Source: Tubiluchus corallicola
Taxonomy: Eukaryota; Animalia; Priapulida
Reading direction: 5' to 3'
Length of the DNA stretch: 64,000 nt
NCBI GenBank assembly: GCA_030141605.1
Contig: JAQGDQ010000865.1
Span: 22,713-86,712 of the forward strand
The translations under genes were made by a program, and so were the position numbers. Positions within the stretch are counted from its first letter, which is position 1; the number at the start of each line of letters is the position of its first letter. The notes under the pieces were generated by a model. That model made no database searches. It was not told the DNA's origin and saw nothing but the letters and a program-made list of their open reading frames with translations. Of this stretch, positions 1 through 13,500 are shown piece after piece.

Positions 1-1520
1 TTACTGAATTATTTCATAAATAACAAGCTACATGCCATAAGACTTGTAATAATGCAACGTTGACGTGATTTCATTTTATTACAAATGAAACAAGCGTCGT
101 TTTAATTAGAAGCGCGTCATCCAAACGTGTTCAAAAGCTACGAAAATTCCTTCGAAACTTCAGAACTACTGTAAATGACAGAAAGCGTATATCTCGGACA
201 GAAACACTGGAGACAATGCTAGGAAAAACGCCGCGTTCTACAACTTGCTAAGCCAATCACACACCAAAGCATCCGGAATCCCACCGTTTGTTTTGAATGT
301 TCACTGGGTAGTAACAAAGCTTCTGTCGTCCAATCTCTATCTTCTTCACAGAAAACACAAAACGTGCCATATCAAATTTATCTTTCAATGTTTTTAACCA
401 TATTTTCTCGTACGGCACATCGCAGCCATCAATGGCCGATTGCGGAACAGGTGCTAAAAAATTGAGAAGATCTGCCAGCACTTTTTGGTTTCATCACCCA
501 TTGACAACACGCACGTTCTTCCTAGCTTCCGGATGCTGGACGTTTTGGTGCATCATAGGCTTCACATGAGCAAACTCCAACTGAATAGACTATTGCAATT
601 GCAAAATGTCTACAAAACGTTTTCAACTAGAGCTAAGTCTAATGGCGCGTTAAAATTAGCGAGTTTTCCTTGCCAAGTAACTCAAAGCCTGCGATTTCGT
701 GGCAACAGCAAGTTGCAAACAAGAGACAAAACTTACCACCGAAATCTCGCTGGCCCGAACACGCCATGTATAACGCCGTAACTTATTGCCAAGTTTTCAA
801 AATTACCGCAATAGAACAGACGAAATAACAACTTCATATTACGTAACAAAATAAATTCTAACGATACCGTAATAAAAATATTTACAAATCTAACAAATGA
901 CAACATACATAATAAATATTTTACACTTTTGACGTGAAAGTCCGTTACGAAATATCTTATCAATGTATATCTGAAGTCAAATTAAATCTTTCATAATTTC
1001 AAAGCAAAAATCAATCACTGTAGCACAGTTATATTGCAGCTGTTTAGGTTGTACACTGTACAGATTCTAGCAAGCGGTGCAAACTTGACGCCCGCCTGTG
1101 TTAATCAGCATCAAGATTGCTCTCGTAACATGCATCTTTGCAAGACTACACAAATAGTTCTTCACATAATCGAAGTCCAAAATAATTTTCAATAATCGAA
1201 CCGAAATAGAAATAAATTTACTCGATTGCAAACTTAGTGAAAAACGTATCCGTCATTTTAATCAGCGATGCCGCCGCAGAGCAAAAACACAATTTCATAG
1301 CACCACCTTTGGTCAGGTATTCAAAATTAAACACGCCATAAATTACTGACCTTAATTACCTCATTGTCACCGTTAACGAATAATGAAAGCGAATAAGCGT
1401 AATTCATCTCCTACCTAATAGCAAATTAACAACAAAAACTGTGAGAAGAGCCTATATAATATAAACCAACAAAAACTACAACTACTAGAAACATTAGGTG
1501 TTTACTACATAGCCTTACAC

Positions 1521-2003
1521 CAGGGGTGTGCAAATTATCTGACTAGCCGGGCCACATTAAACTTTCTATCAATTCCTGCGGGCCACGGGCAGTTTGATCA
1601 AGGAGCAAAGTACAGAAAGACCTAATAACGATTTTTTTTGCATCCGACCTGCATAGATCATTACTACTACACTCAATAAACTATTTTAGAAGTTATTAAA
1701 ATTTATATTACAAACCATATATTTCTACTTTCAGGGCATATAGTGGTAATTTCATTACAATGCATATTAGTAATGTGTATGACACAGTCTGTGTAGTACA
1801 GTGACATTAAGCTACAACCGTCTTGTAAGGGTTAATGGCATCCGATCTAGTAGAAAAAACTACCTGCACTATCTTAGGGATCGTGGCACGGACTTCAGCT
1901 GGATACACTCAATTAATCGCCCGGGCCGCACTTTCATTAGGTTGACAAATCTCTTTGCGGGCCGCACAAATTCTCTCGGCGGGCCGCAATTTGCACACCC
2001 CTG
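1521..2003. mobile_element. hAT-type MITE (non-autonomous), full length
   Basis: 16-bp TIRs CAGGGGTGTGCAAATT / AATTTGCACACCCCTG. Perfect 8-bp TSD CCTTACAC (1513-1520 and 2004-2011). Subterminal GCGGGCCGCA repeats. A partial second copy lies at 39768. Confidence 0.92.
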
Positions 2004-2204
2004 CCTTACACCAAAATGATAACAAAGTTTCTCAATGTAACGATTAATAAAAACAGTTTACGACAATACGAAAATTTCTGATTCGATCTGAGAAATGAAT
2101 TCTTCCTTTTCTACACAATTTTAGCTAAGCAGCAAGATCGTACTACTTTCTCATCTTCTCAGTGAACTTGCCTTTAGATCCTATTGTTTACATGCAGTCT
2201 TACA

Positions 2205-2500
2205 GAGAGACCAGACTAGCGAGTTTTCTCTCCGTGTAACTTGCGAGAGAGTTGAAACTTGATGCGAGTAACTCAGCAAGGCGTTCACACTAGACAGTAA
2301 CACACAGTAAGCGCAAGCTGGCACTCCTTTCTCTATTCACTGTCGAGAGTAACTCGTCGAATACCTGAGATCGGACGAGACAGTGAACCAAGTTTCGGCA
2401 ACTCTTAGAGTGTACAATTTCTTGCCGACAGTAACTTGCAAAGCAGTTCACACTTGCAAGTTTGTGGCTAGAGAAAAAAACTCACTAGTGTGGACGTGCC
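2205..2500. mobile_element. Degenerate PIF/Harbinger-like MITE in the SBP2 3' region
   Basis: Imperfect inverted ends: CCAGACTAGCGAGTTTTCTCT versus the reverse complement of AGAGAAAAAAACTCACTAGTGTGGACGTGCC. Internal TTCACACT repeats. No clean TSD. Confidence 0.4.
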
Positions 2501-3105
2501 ATTATAAAGACCTCATATTCTCTTAAAGTGCTATGCACACTCATTTACTATACTTCACAACACAAAGTTTGACATAATTGCGTCCTGGCTATGCAAGGCA
2601 TCCGAAATGGTCACCTCAACAAAACTAGAAAAACACTACCTGCTAAAAATGCATGATTTAGGGTCTACTTTGCTCACCCGAAAGAAACCCTTGTCAAACT
2701 ATTAGTTTAAATAAACCCCGGATGCTTCAAAACATTATCACAAGTCTCTTCTTTACATAATTAATTCTATCAAATACTCGTACATGTACCAAAAAAATTC
2801 TAGCACGAAGTTGACTACCAATAAAACTCGACGTAAAAAGAGGAAATATCTTCGGATCAGCTCTCTTGTGATACGCTAGATAAATGGACAAACAATTTGA
2901 AAATTAGCTGTAGAAGTTTCCGAATTTTCTCCAGGTCACAGCGATTCTGCTCGTATCTTATCTACAAAATCAAAAAAGCTAATCTCTTTCTCATCTTTCT
3001 CTCTCTTTCTCATCTTTCTTAACTTCTGGAAAAAACTGCTAGCTTCCTGTTTCGCGGGACAAAATTTTCCTTCTTTACTATTTCTGATGCAACTCGCTAC
3101 GTCGC

Positions 3106-4487
3106 TTACGACTCTTGTACGCTCGTTTCCGTGACGATCGATTGCTCCACGTCGCTGCAGATGTCCTTCGCCACCAACCTGGATTGGGTGTCCGCAATCC
3201 ACGACTCGATCCGGCGCTTGTCCATGATCGTCGGACGCTTGTTCGGCAACGCTTGACCGTCGAGTAGCAATTCCGCCGCGGCCGGCGGGACCGAATCCGC
3301 CGCGGGAGGTAGTAACTTGTCCTGTGCTTCGCGGTTCGTGTCTTTGTCTTCGGCGGCGGCGGGATGATTTGAACCGGATTCGAGCTGCACGGCGCTTAAC
3401 TTTAGAGAAAGCAAGTCTTCCGCACTTTCCTCGTGTATGGAATCGATGTGCATGCCTTGTAACGAGTCCTCCAGTTTACTTTGAGCACCTCTGATTAAAT
3501 TACCGGATGAATCTTGCAACGTTCCTTGTTTTGCATCAGCTTTATCCGACCGACTCTCTTCCGGCCTCAAGGGGGCACTGCCCTCGAGTAATCCCGCTTG
3601 GTTCTCTTCATTGGCTTCTGATAAGCTTTCGTCTTTCGACGCGCCGGTGGGTGTAGTTGTGCTGGTGGGAGTGGCAGAGCTGGCGGGCGTCCTGTACGTC
3701 ACGCTAGTGTTATTCAAAGCCGACAGCAAGTCCTTCTGCTGCAGAAAACTGGGAATGATCGACGCGGAACCCACGAACGGCACCCGGGTTTCGTGACCGA
3801 GAGGAAGACGAGGAGGGGCGTCCGCCTCGGCCTCCGAGAGCGGGTAGTTCTCCGATATCGGTTCGGAGAGGATGCTGCTGGTGAAGGAGATGGCGCTGCA
3901 GGCGGAGGGGGTGCGGGAGTGACCCATGTGCATGAAGAGCTGCTTCTTTGCGATCTCGTTGGCTTCCCGTTCCACCTGAGCCACCATCTCTTGGTACGCT
4001 TTACGGGCACTCAGGGAAAGATCCATCAAATTCTTATAATGCTCCTGAATTTAGAAAATAAACGGGAGGTTATTAATTCTGCAAAGGTAAAACACTTAAG
4101 TGAGTCTTTTAAGAGGCGACTACTGTATTTGTAAAAAAAACAATGGCTTCTTTAAGTCATACAGGAAAGGAAGAATTGGCAGTATATTCATTGGAACATC
4201 AAGTACTAATTTTACCAGACGGTTTAGTCTAGTGGTAATGCGTCTGCTTTCCGTCTGGGAGGTCGTGAGTTCAAACCAGCGGCCGGGTCATACCAAAGAC
4301 TTTAAAAATGGTGCCTGCTTTGCCCTGCCTGGCGCGTGGTATTTAGGGTAAAAGTGGAGTAATAATAGTCTCTGTTATGTAGTTGTAGGTTGTTATTTAC
4401 AGTCGGTGATAATAGCTCTTTGAGCTAATCTTAATTGTTGACCCAAAAGCCAACTTTAAATAAAGATTATTATTATTATTGTTATTC

Positions 4488-4518
<31 letters not shown>

Positions 4519-7500
4519 TAGAAGAAGCCATTCTGTGAGTCGTCGCTTATCAAACAAAAAACCCGACTCTGAACACTGCCAGTGTCACGTGCAAAAATTT
4601 TCCAATAAACACTCATTGTGCTTAGATTGTAAATAAACTTTACTGAAAAGAATGATTTTCCACATCATTCAAATTCAAACTTTTTGCTGTGAACTGTTTA
4701 TTGAATACGTTTTCCTGTTCACTGAATAAAACGATGATTTCAATACTTTTATTTCTGCTGTTATTACATACATAAGTGAGGGTTTTCTAAACATATCCCT
4801 AACAACTTTTGTTTTCCACCAAGACTTACTTCGCTCCCTTCATAATTGAAAATACCAACGACGCTGACGGGCACGAGTTTCGAGCAAGCACGACCCAACG
4901 CCCGGCGACCAAGTGCGAATACGAACGGTACGTTCTGTTCTTGCGCAAGCCTGATTATATTGTGCAATGCGTCGTCCAAACCACCTGCGAAGTAATGTAG
5001 ACACATTAGACGCATCGTAAAACGTGTAATTAATGTTATTAGTTCTTTAGAGAAACTTTAATTGGTGAATAATTTACAGTTATGTACAGCAGTGACTAAA
5101 AAGATGAAAACTGTTTAAAACTCGTCTGTCTGACTTGCCTTTTGACTGAATTCTTTCTAGATTTGGTGAAATGATCAGCAGCTTCAATTTTCGTAACTTA
5201 AGATGTTTTGTAACTTCCCGGAGACCCAGTACTATCCTACGCTTTGATCTTGCCTGCAAAGAAAAACTCATTAAGTTGTGGTGATTAAAAGTGTTTTATA
5301 TATTGAGATGTTTACCATTTTGCTACAGCAGAAAATCCCCATGCTTGTCATCACCACCATCATCATCATCATCATCATTGTTGTTGCTATCATCATCATC
5401 ATTGTCGTTGCTATCATTATCATCCTCATCATTGTCATTGCTATCATCCTAGTCATTGTCGTTGCTATCATCATCATCACTGTCATTGCTATCATCATCA
5501 ACATCATCATCACAGTCGTTGCTATCATCATTGTCATTGCTATCATCATCATCATCAATATCATCATTGCCAGGGTAATCATCACCATCAGCATCACTAT
5601 CATCACCGCCGCCACCACCACCATCATCATCATTATCACTATCATCATCACCTTCATCATCACTATTATCATCATCACCATCATCATCACTATCATCATC
5701 ACCATCATGATCACCTTCATCATCATCATCATCATCATCACCACCATCATCGTCATCATCATCATCATCATCACCACCACCATCACCACAATACCACTTC
5801 TGCTATAATTCTGCCAATATTCCATGAATCACTCTGCGCTTGTGCATCTGTAACCCATCGGTATGAAGCACCTAATTTTAATCTTTGCAGAGTCCATGTG
5901 AGAAGTAAATAAACCAGTCCCACTTAATCGATACCTTTATTTTATCTTTATGGTACAACTTGTCTTGGAATCGAACCAGGTCCTGTAGCAACAATGTGCA
6001 GCAATTGTCTATGTTCTTATCCAACATTTGGGTGCAATACCTGCAACAAAGAAAGTTACGCGAACTGCTACAATTCTGTTCAATAGCGAGGAGCATGGAA
6101 TTAGTATGATAAGACAGCTTAAAGCTGTTCCACAGTGGAAAACGTGTCAACAGAAAAATCTTAAAATCAATAATTCTGAAAGAAAACAAGCTTGGAATCG
6201 GAGAAACGTCGTCAGCATTCTTAAAACCTTTTGAGTTTTGTGCGCATTTTTAAATAACCATTTTCACCTTTTTTACCTGAATATATTTTACACAATCAAA
6301 TATTTTAGGCTTGCGAATTTCTCTAATAAATAAAACCGTGGAGCTTTTGAAACACAGACAATATACCATAGCATTGTGCCAAATAAAATTACACATAAAC
6401 TTACGCATTGAATGTCACACAATTGTGTTAAATGGTGATAGCAACAATTAATTCAGGTGATGTCACTTTTTACATCATTTGTTTAGACGGGTACCAAGCT
6501 CTAAGTTGCATTCAGCATTGGAAACTTGTGCAAGTCACTTGACCAACTACCAGAGGGTGTAAAGACGGCACAGATTTCAAACAGTAATCACGAAATCATC
6601 TAACATTGTTAAAGCACAAGAATACAACACTTTTCATAGATAAAGTTTCATATAATTCATCTTGAAATTTTGTTATCAGTTACATGGTCTTACTGTAGTC
6701 ACTGGACCATACAATTACACTGAAGGTAAGTCTGCTAGTATAATGTAACAAGATTAGCACACACATGGCAGCACCTAACTACAATATACAAGTACCAACT
6801 TCCACACTTTATATCGTCAATAAGATCAATAATATGTTTTTGGTGAATCAGTGATGCACTCTGGGATGGTGGTGCTGTGCCATTTTACCAGGTGGCGCGA
6901 ATGTTTTAAATTAGTAAAAAATTTTCTTTTCCAATTACATAAGTTTTTGAAACTGGTAAGCGGTATGCTAAGAAATATATTTTTTTACGGAAAGTTCGTT
7001 GCGATGTTAATTGCACACTTAAGTAGCAGCAGCAGCAGCAGTAGCAGCAGTAGTAGCAGTAGCAGCAGCAGCAGTAGTAGCAGTAGCAGTAGCAGCAGCA
7101 GTAGTAGTAGTAGCAGCAGCAGCAGCAGTAGCAGCAGTAGCAGTAGCAGCAGCAGTAGCAGCAGCAGTACCAGTAGTAGCAGCAGCAGCAGCAGCAGTAG
7201 TAGCAGTAGCAGCAGCAGCAGCAGTAGCAGCAGCAGTAGCAGCAGCAGTACCAGTAGTAGCGCCGCTGCTGCTGCTGCTGCTGCTGCTGCCGCTACAGCA
7301 GCAGCAGCTGCTGCTGCTGCTGCTGCTGCTGCGGCGTGCTGCTGCTGCCGCTGCTGCGCGGTTGCGCTGCTGCCGCTGCTGTGCTGGCAGCAGCAGTACG
7401 AGTAGCAGTAGCAGGCAGTAGCAGCAGCAGTAGCAGCAACAGCAGCAGTAGCAGCAGCAGCAGCAACAGCAGCAGTAGCAGCAGTAGTAGCAGCAGCAGT

Positions 7501-10500
7501 AGTAGCAGCAGCAGCAGTAGCAGCAGTAGCACCAGCAGTACGAGTAGGAGTAGCAGTAGCAGTAGCAGCAGCAGTAGCAGTAGTTTTCATACAGTGCCCT
7601 TTTAACGCTTGTATGCACCCAAGGAATATAATTTACGGAATAAGAATACATAAAATACATTAGCGATAGGCAACCTTTAATACTGTAATACTAATCATAA
7701 TCACAATAACTCAGAACATGGAAAAAACAAAGCATCAACAATTTCTGCATCTTTCCCCCGCCCCCCTCCCCATCTAAATGTCTGCGGTTTTGATATAGTC
7801 AATGCTTGTGTCTTCTGCAACTATTGATGCAACACTTTGTTCAGAGGAGCTGATAAAATTGCTCTTTCTTCCCCTTTCAGCAGCAATCTCTGCAAGAAAC
7901 GTGTAGAAATTTTACGAAATGTGTTGAGAATTTTATTCTAACTTACTCTCTGAATCTGCGGCTGTGAATCTGCATGCACACGATGTTCTTCTCCTGATTG
8001 AACCCGGGTATGTTGACGGTTTCATTATGCGACGGTAGCACCGCCTGTGATAGGGGCGTCATGGGCAAGGGCGTGGCTTGAGAGATGGGCGAGAAGTCTT
8101 CGGTGTCCTGAGTTTTTGCTACGCCACCTGAATAAGAAAAATGGATGAGAAGATGTGAAATAAAACAACTCGAAAGGAAGTAAAACTGCTAAATGAGAAT
8201 TGAAAACAGGACTTAGGTTTATTCAGTAGAGACAGGTAAAGCGGAAAAATACCAGCAAAATGTTTGTTTGTAAATAATAAACAACAAAACAACTAAACAA
8301 CTATAAACAACTGAAGAACTATAAACAACAAAACAACTATAAACAACTAAACAACTATAAAGAACTATAAACAACTAAACAACTATAAACAACTATAAAC
8401 AACTATAAACAACTAAACAACTATAAACAACTAAACAACTATAAAGAACTATAAACAACTATAAACAACTAAACAACTATAAACAACTATAAACAACTAT
8501 AAACAACTAAACAACTATAAACAACTATAAACAACTAAACAACTATAAACAACTAAACAACTATAAACAACTAAACAACTATGAACAACTAAACAACTAA
8601 ACAACTATGAACAACTAAACAACTATGAACAACTAAACAACTAAACAACTATAAACAACTAAACAACTATAACAACTATAAACAACTACACAACTATAAA
8701 CAGCTATAAACAACAAAACAACCATAAACAACTAAACAAAAATACAAACCCCACACTGCTCATGGTAATTTTTCAGGAAGACCAAACCAAAACATTTCAT
8801 TCCACAGCTGATACTTAATTTTAGTACAAAGACAACAACAATCAGAGGAACATGCACTTTACACAACAAAAAGTTTAATAAAAGCATTTAAAAATAATTT
8901 CAATTCATCACATGAACACAGATAACACGTTTGCAGATGAGAAACTGAAACCAACTAAACTAGAAAAAAACTCACCTTCAGAAGTCAATTCATTCTGCGC
9001 TGTCGCCTCTGAATCCCCGGCAACCCCGTCAGCAGAGTCGACAGACCTAGAAAATGGTTAAAAGAAAACCGGATGATTGTGTAAACATTAGTTTAGAATA
9101 AAGAATGTTCTAAAGTAGTGAAAATACAATAGCTTATTTTAAATCAAAGCTTGGATTAAATAATAATGACCTCGGATATTCAAATTTCATTAAACTTTCA
9201 AAGCTACGCGTGGCTCAGTGAATCTACCCTTGATTGGCAACGGCGCCTTTATTTGCGTGGCCGACAAATAGAAGGTGGTACCGTGATAAGCATGATCATG
9301 AACTGTAGTGTTAGTTTCTGACATCATATGATGTAAAGCCCATCTTTGTGACATCATGCATTTAAACAGTACTGTAACACTTATGCAAATGTGCTTGATG
9401 CACAAGGTAAGACACCTGCCATTGCACAAATTATGGTTAGTTTGTGACGTAAGCAATAGCTGTGTTCGGTTGCCGTTAATAAAATTTCTAAGCTAATTAT
9501 TCAAATATATGAAACAACTGCTGACATTTATACGCAAGAAAATGTATATTTTGGACGGTAAATTAAAATGAGATTGAGTCTAAACAATCATCTGGTTTTC
9601 CTTTAATATGTTAATGCAGAAGCCGTTTTCTTGCAACATAAAAACCCAGAAAACCAGACAAAATTACTCAATAATAAAATTACGTCAAAAATTAACCAAA
9701 GGAACTATGGCCAGGGTGGTTATGCACATCTTGGTAACTGGAACAGGACTGGGTTTAAGTACAGTACTGTTTTGGCACTTACCGGAACCGGACCGGTATT
9801 AGTATGGGTTTAAGAACAGTACTGTTCGGCACTTACCGGAACTGGACCGAAACCGAAAGCACTAGTTCCAGTACCGTAACCCTAGAACTACCAAAACGAT
9901 ATGTTGACCAAAATGCTGGACTTACTTCTCAGTAGACAAAGTGCTGGTCATTTGTCCTGTAAGGGATTCCTTGAGCAAACGGGCTTTCTTCTTCTCTTCC
10001 CGCTCCTTTAAGATGATTTTCTTCAGCGGACTCGGCCGTTTCTTTGCCGGAGTTTCTCTCTCCTTGCCTCTCTTTGCCGGCGCCGTGCTGTCCAACGGAT
10101 TAGCCGTGACCTGTACGAAAATGACCAGGTGAAAACAGTGTACGAAAACAAACAGCAACATAAAGTTGGCCATAGAAGATTTCCCACATTGTTTGATTGT
10201 ACAGGGTGTTTCAAAAGCTTCCTTATATTTTAAAAATTAAAACAGCAATTATAAGAACCAAATAACAAATTGGTTGCTGCGTCTACAACTTATAAGAATT
10301 TTTTGGCTTCAAATTTGTGGCAATTTTTGCACCTCTGGCATGAAAACAGAAGAAAACAGCAAAATTCAAACGTAGATTCATCAACTAAAGTTCTCAGTAA
10401 AATGATCCAGACATACTACATGTACTGGAAATCTTGCATTGGCGTGCTTGGCGGCCTTTGCTTCTTGTTGGCTTTGGCCACCTTGTGGTGATTTTTGGCC

Positions 10501-13500
10501 TAATCACGTGATCAATTTGATCTGGGTCAGAGGCCTACTGTGAAGTGAAGACGCGTCATAAGTTGATAAGACATTGTCGTTATCTGTTTACAATTGCTTA
10601 TGATTTGGGGCTAATAACGTATGTATAACCTCTAATTACTTTAATAAACTTAAATTTACTTTAAAATAACAGCTAGGTGTTAATAATATAACAGTGCAAT
10701 AACTCTTAATTATGTAAAATTGACTTTTGGCTATTATTATTTTTTGTTATTTTTGGCAATTATTGCATTTTAAATTACAATTAAAAATATTAAAATCACA
10801 ACACAAAATATGCGCATAGAATGATTTGCTTAAAAATGTAAAAGAATTTTAATATTTTTTATCTCCCGCCAAACGAACGTCACTGCCGGCATATTTGAAA
10901 AAATGACGTAAGCTGGTGTCTGCTGGGCAGCGTGAATGCTGTGAAGGCAAGCTGTGTGAAGATACGCGTTGAGAAATTTCTACAGTTTGCTTAGAAGTTC
11001 CGTTATTCTAGCATTGTATTTAACTGATTCAACTGTGTTTATGTAAAATTAGTCATTTGATCAATTATGACCAAGATTAAAGTGGTTACGTAGCTTTAAC
11101 CTAAAGGATTATACCGTAAAATGTGTAAGTAGTATACATTAATTGCGTAAATGTAATTAATTTACAGACTTTTGTTGACTTTCAGATACACATGTAAACT
11201 TGCGAGCATACAGTAGGTACCGGGTGGGTTACTTAGTTCATACAGATCGCTCTATAAGTCAAAAAAAGATTGCTGAAGCACTTGGCAGAATAAGTGTTCA
11301 TGTTGCACGGTAACCAGATGAAGCCATTTTTCGTCTAAAATGGGCGCACCCGAGCGTGAAGTGATCGCGATTTTAAATTGACTTTACTAATTACACGAGA
11401 TGCTTATCACAGTTTTATTTCCGAAACTTTCTAACATTTTTCTCAAGTATTAAAATCCCGAGTTCAACTTCCCGAGAGACTTGGCTTCTGCTTTAAGACA
11501 TAATGCTTCATGCTACTATGAAGCCACACAAGATTGTTTAACCAAACGCAGGTAAATTATAGCAAATCATCCTCACCCTTCTGTCCTGCTTAGCCGCCGG
11601 CACTTGTGATTTCACTTCGGATTCTGCTTTTTCTTTCTCATGCTCTGCTTCTTCGAATTTCTTCTTCTGCGAAAAACAACACACATATACTGATTCAACT
11701 GATTAATAATTAAAAAGCCGTAGAGAAAACCAGAAAACACGTCGTCAAATTAAACTAGTTTATTAAGCGAGAATTCTACAACACAAAAGTATGAAGGAAC
11801 GCAAAATGTTTACAGTAAACGTGAAAATCTGGAAAACGTTTGAGTGTATCTGAAAATACAAATATACAAGAGAATGTGTAAGTGGCGTCCGTGTGAATCT
11901 GCGTGTCTGTCTCAGCGGCCTGCTTTGCCTTATATAGGGAGCCTGGGAACATTCTAGACGAGTCCTTCTAGAGCATTCTACATGGTAAGACGATCATTCT
12001 AATGGAACATTCTACAATGTTCTATGTAATTCTAATAGATGCCAGCGATCTCCGCAACAGTTTGTTCCTGCACGGGAACCATATCCTAGATAATTATGTG
12101 AACACAAATTTTTGTTTTAGTGCAATCTTTTATCTCAAACACCAAGTGCTTTAGACAGTATTAACGTTGTTACTCTTGTTACACAGTAATGTTCATATTT
12201 ATTGCAACATTGTTGTCAACATTGTTCAGCATCTGTCTCTAGCATTTTGCTCCCACTAGGGGAGAACATATATCAGTTGTAAAACTGTGTATTTCAAACC
12301 CACATTCAATAAACTATGTTTGAACCAAATGCGACATTTGCACTAGGTTAGGGTTAGTTATAGGGTGGGTTAGGGTCAAGATTAGTGTTGGTTTGGGTTA
12401 CAGTTGGAGTTAGGGTTAGTGTTGGTTTTGGGTTATGGTTAGGTTAGAACTTCGTGTTGGTTTTGGGTTATGGTTAGGTTAGAACTTCGTGTTGGATCAG
12501 GGTTAGGGTTAGGTTAGAACTTTGTGTTGGATCAGGGTTAGGGTTAGGTTAGAACTTTGTGTTGGATTAGGGTTAGGGTTAGATTAGAACTTTGTGTTGG
12601 ATCAGGGTTAGGGTTAGGTTAGAACTTTGTGTTGGATCAGGGTTAGGGTTAGGTTAGAACTTAGTGTTGGTTTTGGGTTAGGGTTAGGTTAGAACTTCGT
12701 GTTGGATCAGGGTTAGGGTTAGGTTAGAACTTTGTGTTGGATCAGGGTTAGGGTTAGGTTAGAACTTTGTGTTGGATTAGGGTTAGGGTTAGGTTAGAAC
12801 TTTGTGTTGGATCAGGGTTAGGGTTAGGTTAGAACTTTGTGTTGGATCAGGGTTAGGGTTAGATTAGAACTTAGTGTTGGTTTTGGGTTAGGGTTAGGTT
12901 AGAACTTCGTGTTGGATCAGGGTTAGGGTTAGGTTAGAACTTTGTGTTGGATCAGGGTTAGGGTTAGGTTAGAACTTTGTGTTGGATCAGGGTTAGGGTT
13001 AGGTTAGAACTTTGTGTTGGATCAGGGTTAGGGTTAGATTAGAACTTAGTGTTGGATCAGGGTTAGGGTTAGGTTAGAACTTCGTGTTGGATCAGGGTTA
13101 GGGTTAGGTTAGAACTTTGTGTTGGATCAGGGTTAGGGTTAGATTAGAACTTAGTGTTGGATCAGGGTTAGGGTTAGATTAGAACTTAGTGTTGGATCAG
13201 GGTTAGGGTTAGGTTAGAACTTTGTGTTGGATCAGGGTTAGGGTTAGGTTAGAACTTTGTGTTGGATTAGGGTTAGGGTTAGATTAGAACTTAGTGTTGG
13301 ATCAGGGTTAGGGTTAGGTTAGAACTTAGTGTTGGTTGGGTTAGGTTAGGTTAGGGTTGGATCAGGGTTAGGGTTAGGTTAGAACTTAGTGTTGGTTTTG
13401 GGTTAGGGTTAGGTTAGAACTTAGTGTTGGATCAGGGTTAGGGTTAGGTTAGAACTTAGTGTTGGATCAGGGTTAGGGTTAGGTTAGAACTTAGTGTTGA

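Noticed and set aside
257-1256. Possible 5' exons of another minus-strand gene (ATGGCG..GGTG|GTAAGT at 767-737; ORF 257-481; ATG at 1256)
   Set aside because: Splice-like signals exist, but there is no recognisable protein motif, several incompatible joins are possible and stops intervene. Cannot be supported without homology or RNA data.
2000-3105. SECIS element in the SBP2 3' UTR
   Set aside because: No AUGA..AAR..GA kink-turn hairpin was seen by eye in the proximal part. Needs SECISearch3.
2936-4134. Overlapping ORFs 2936-3202, 3611-3796, 3714-4010, 3793-4134
   Set aside because: Alternative-frame or antisense shadows of the GC-rich last SBP2 exon.
5271-7660. Poly-Met/Ile/Ser/Ala/Leu/Cys ORFs
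   Set aside because: Translations of trinucleotide tracts.
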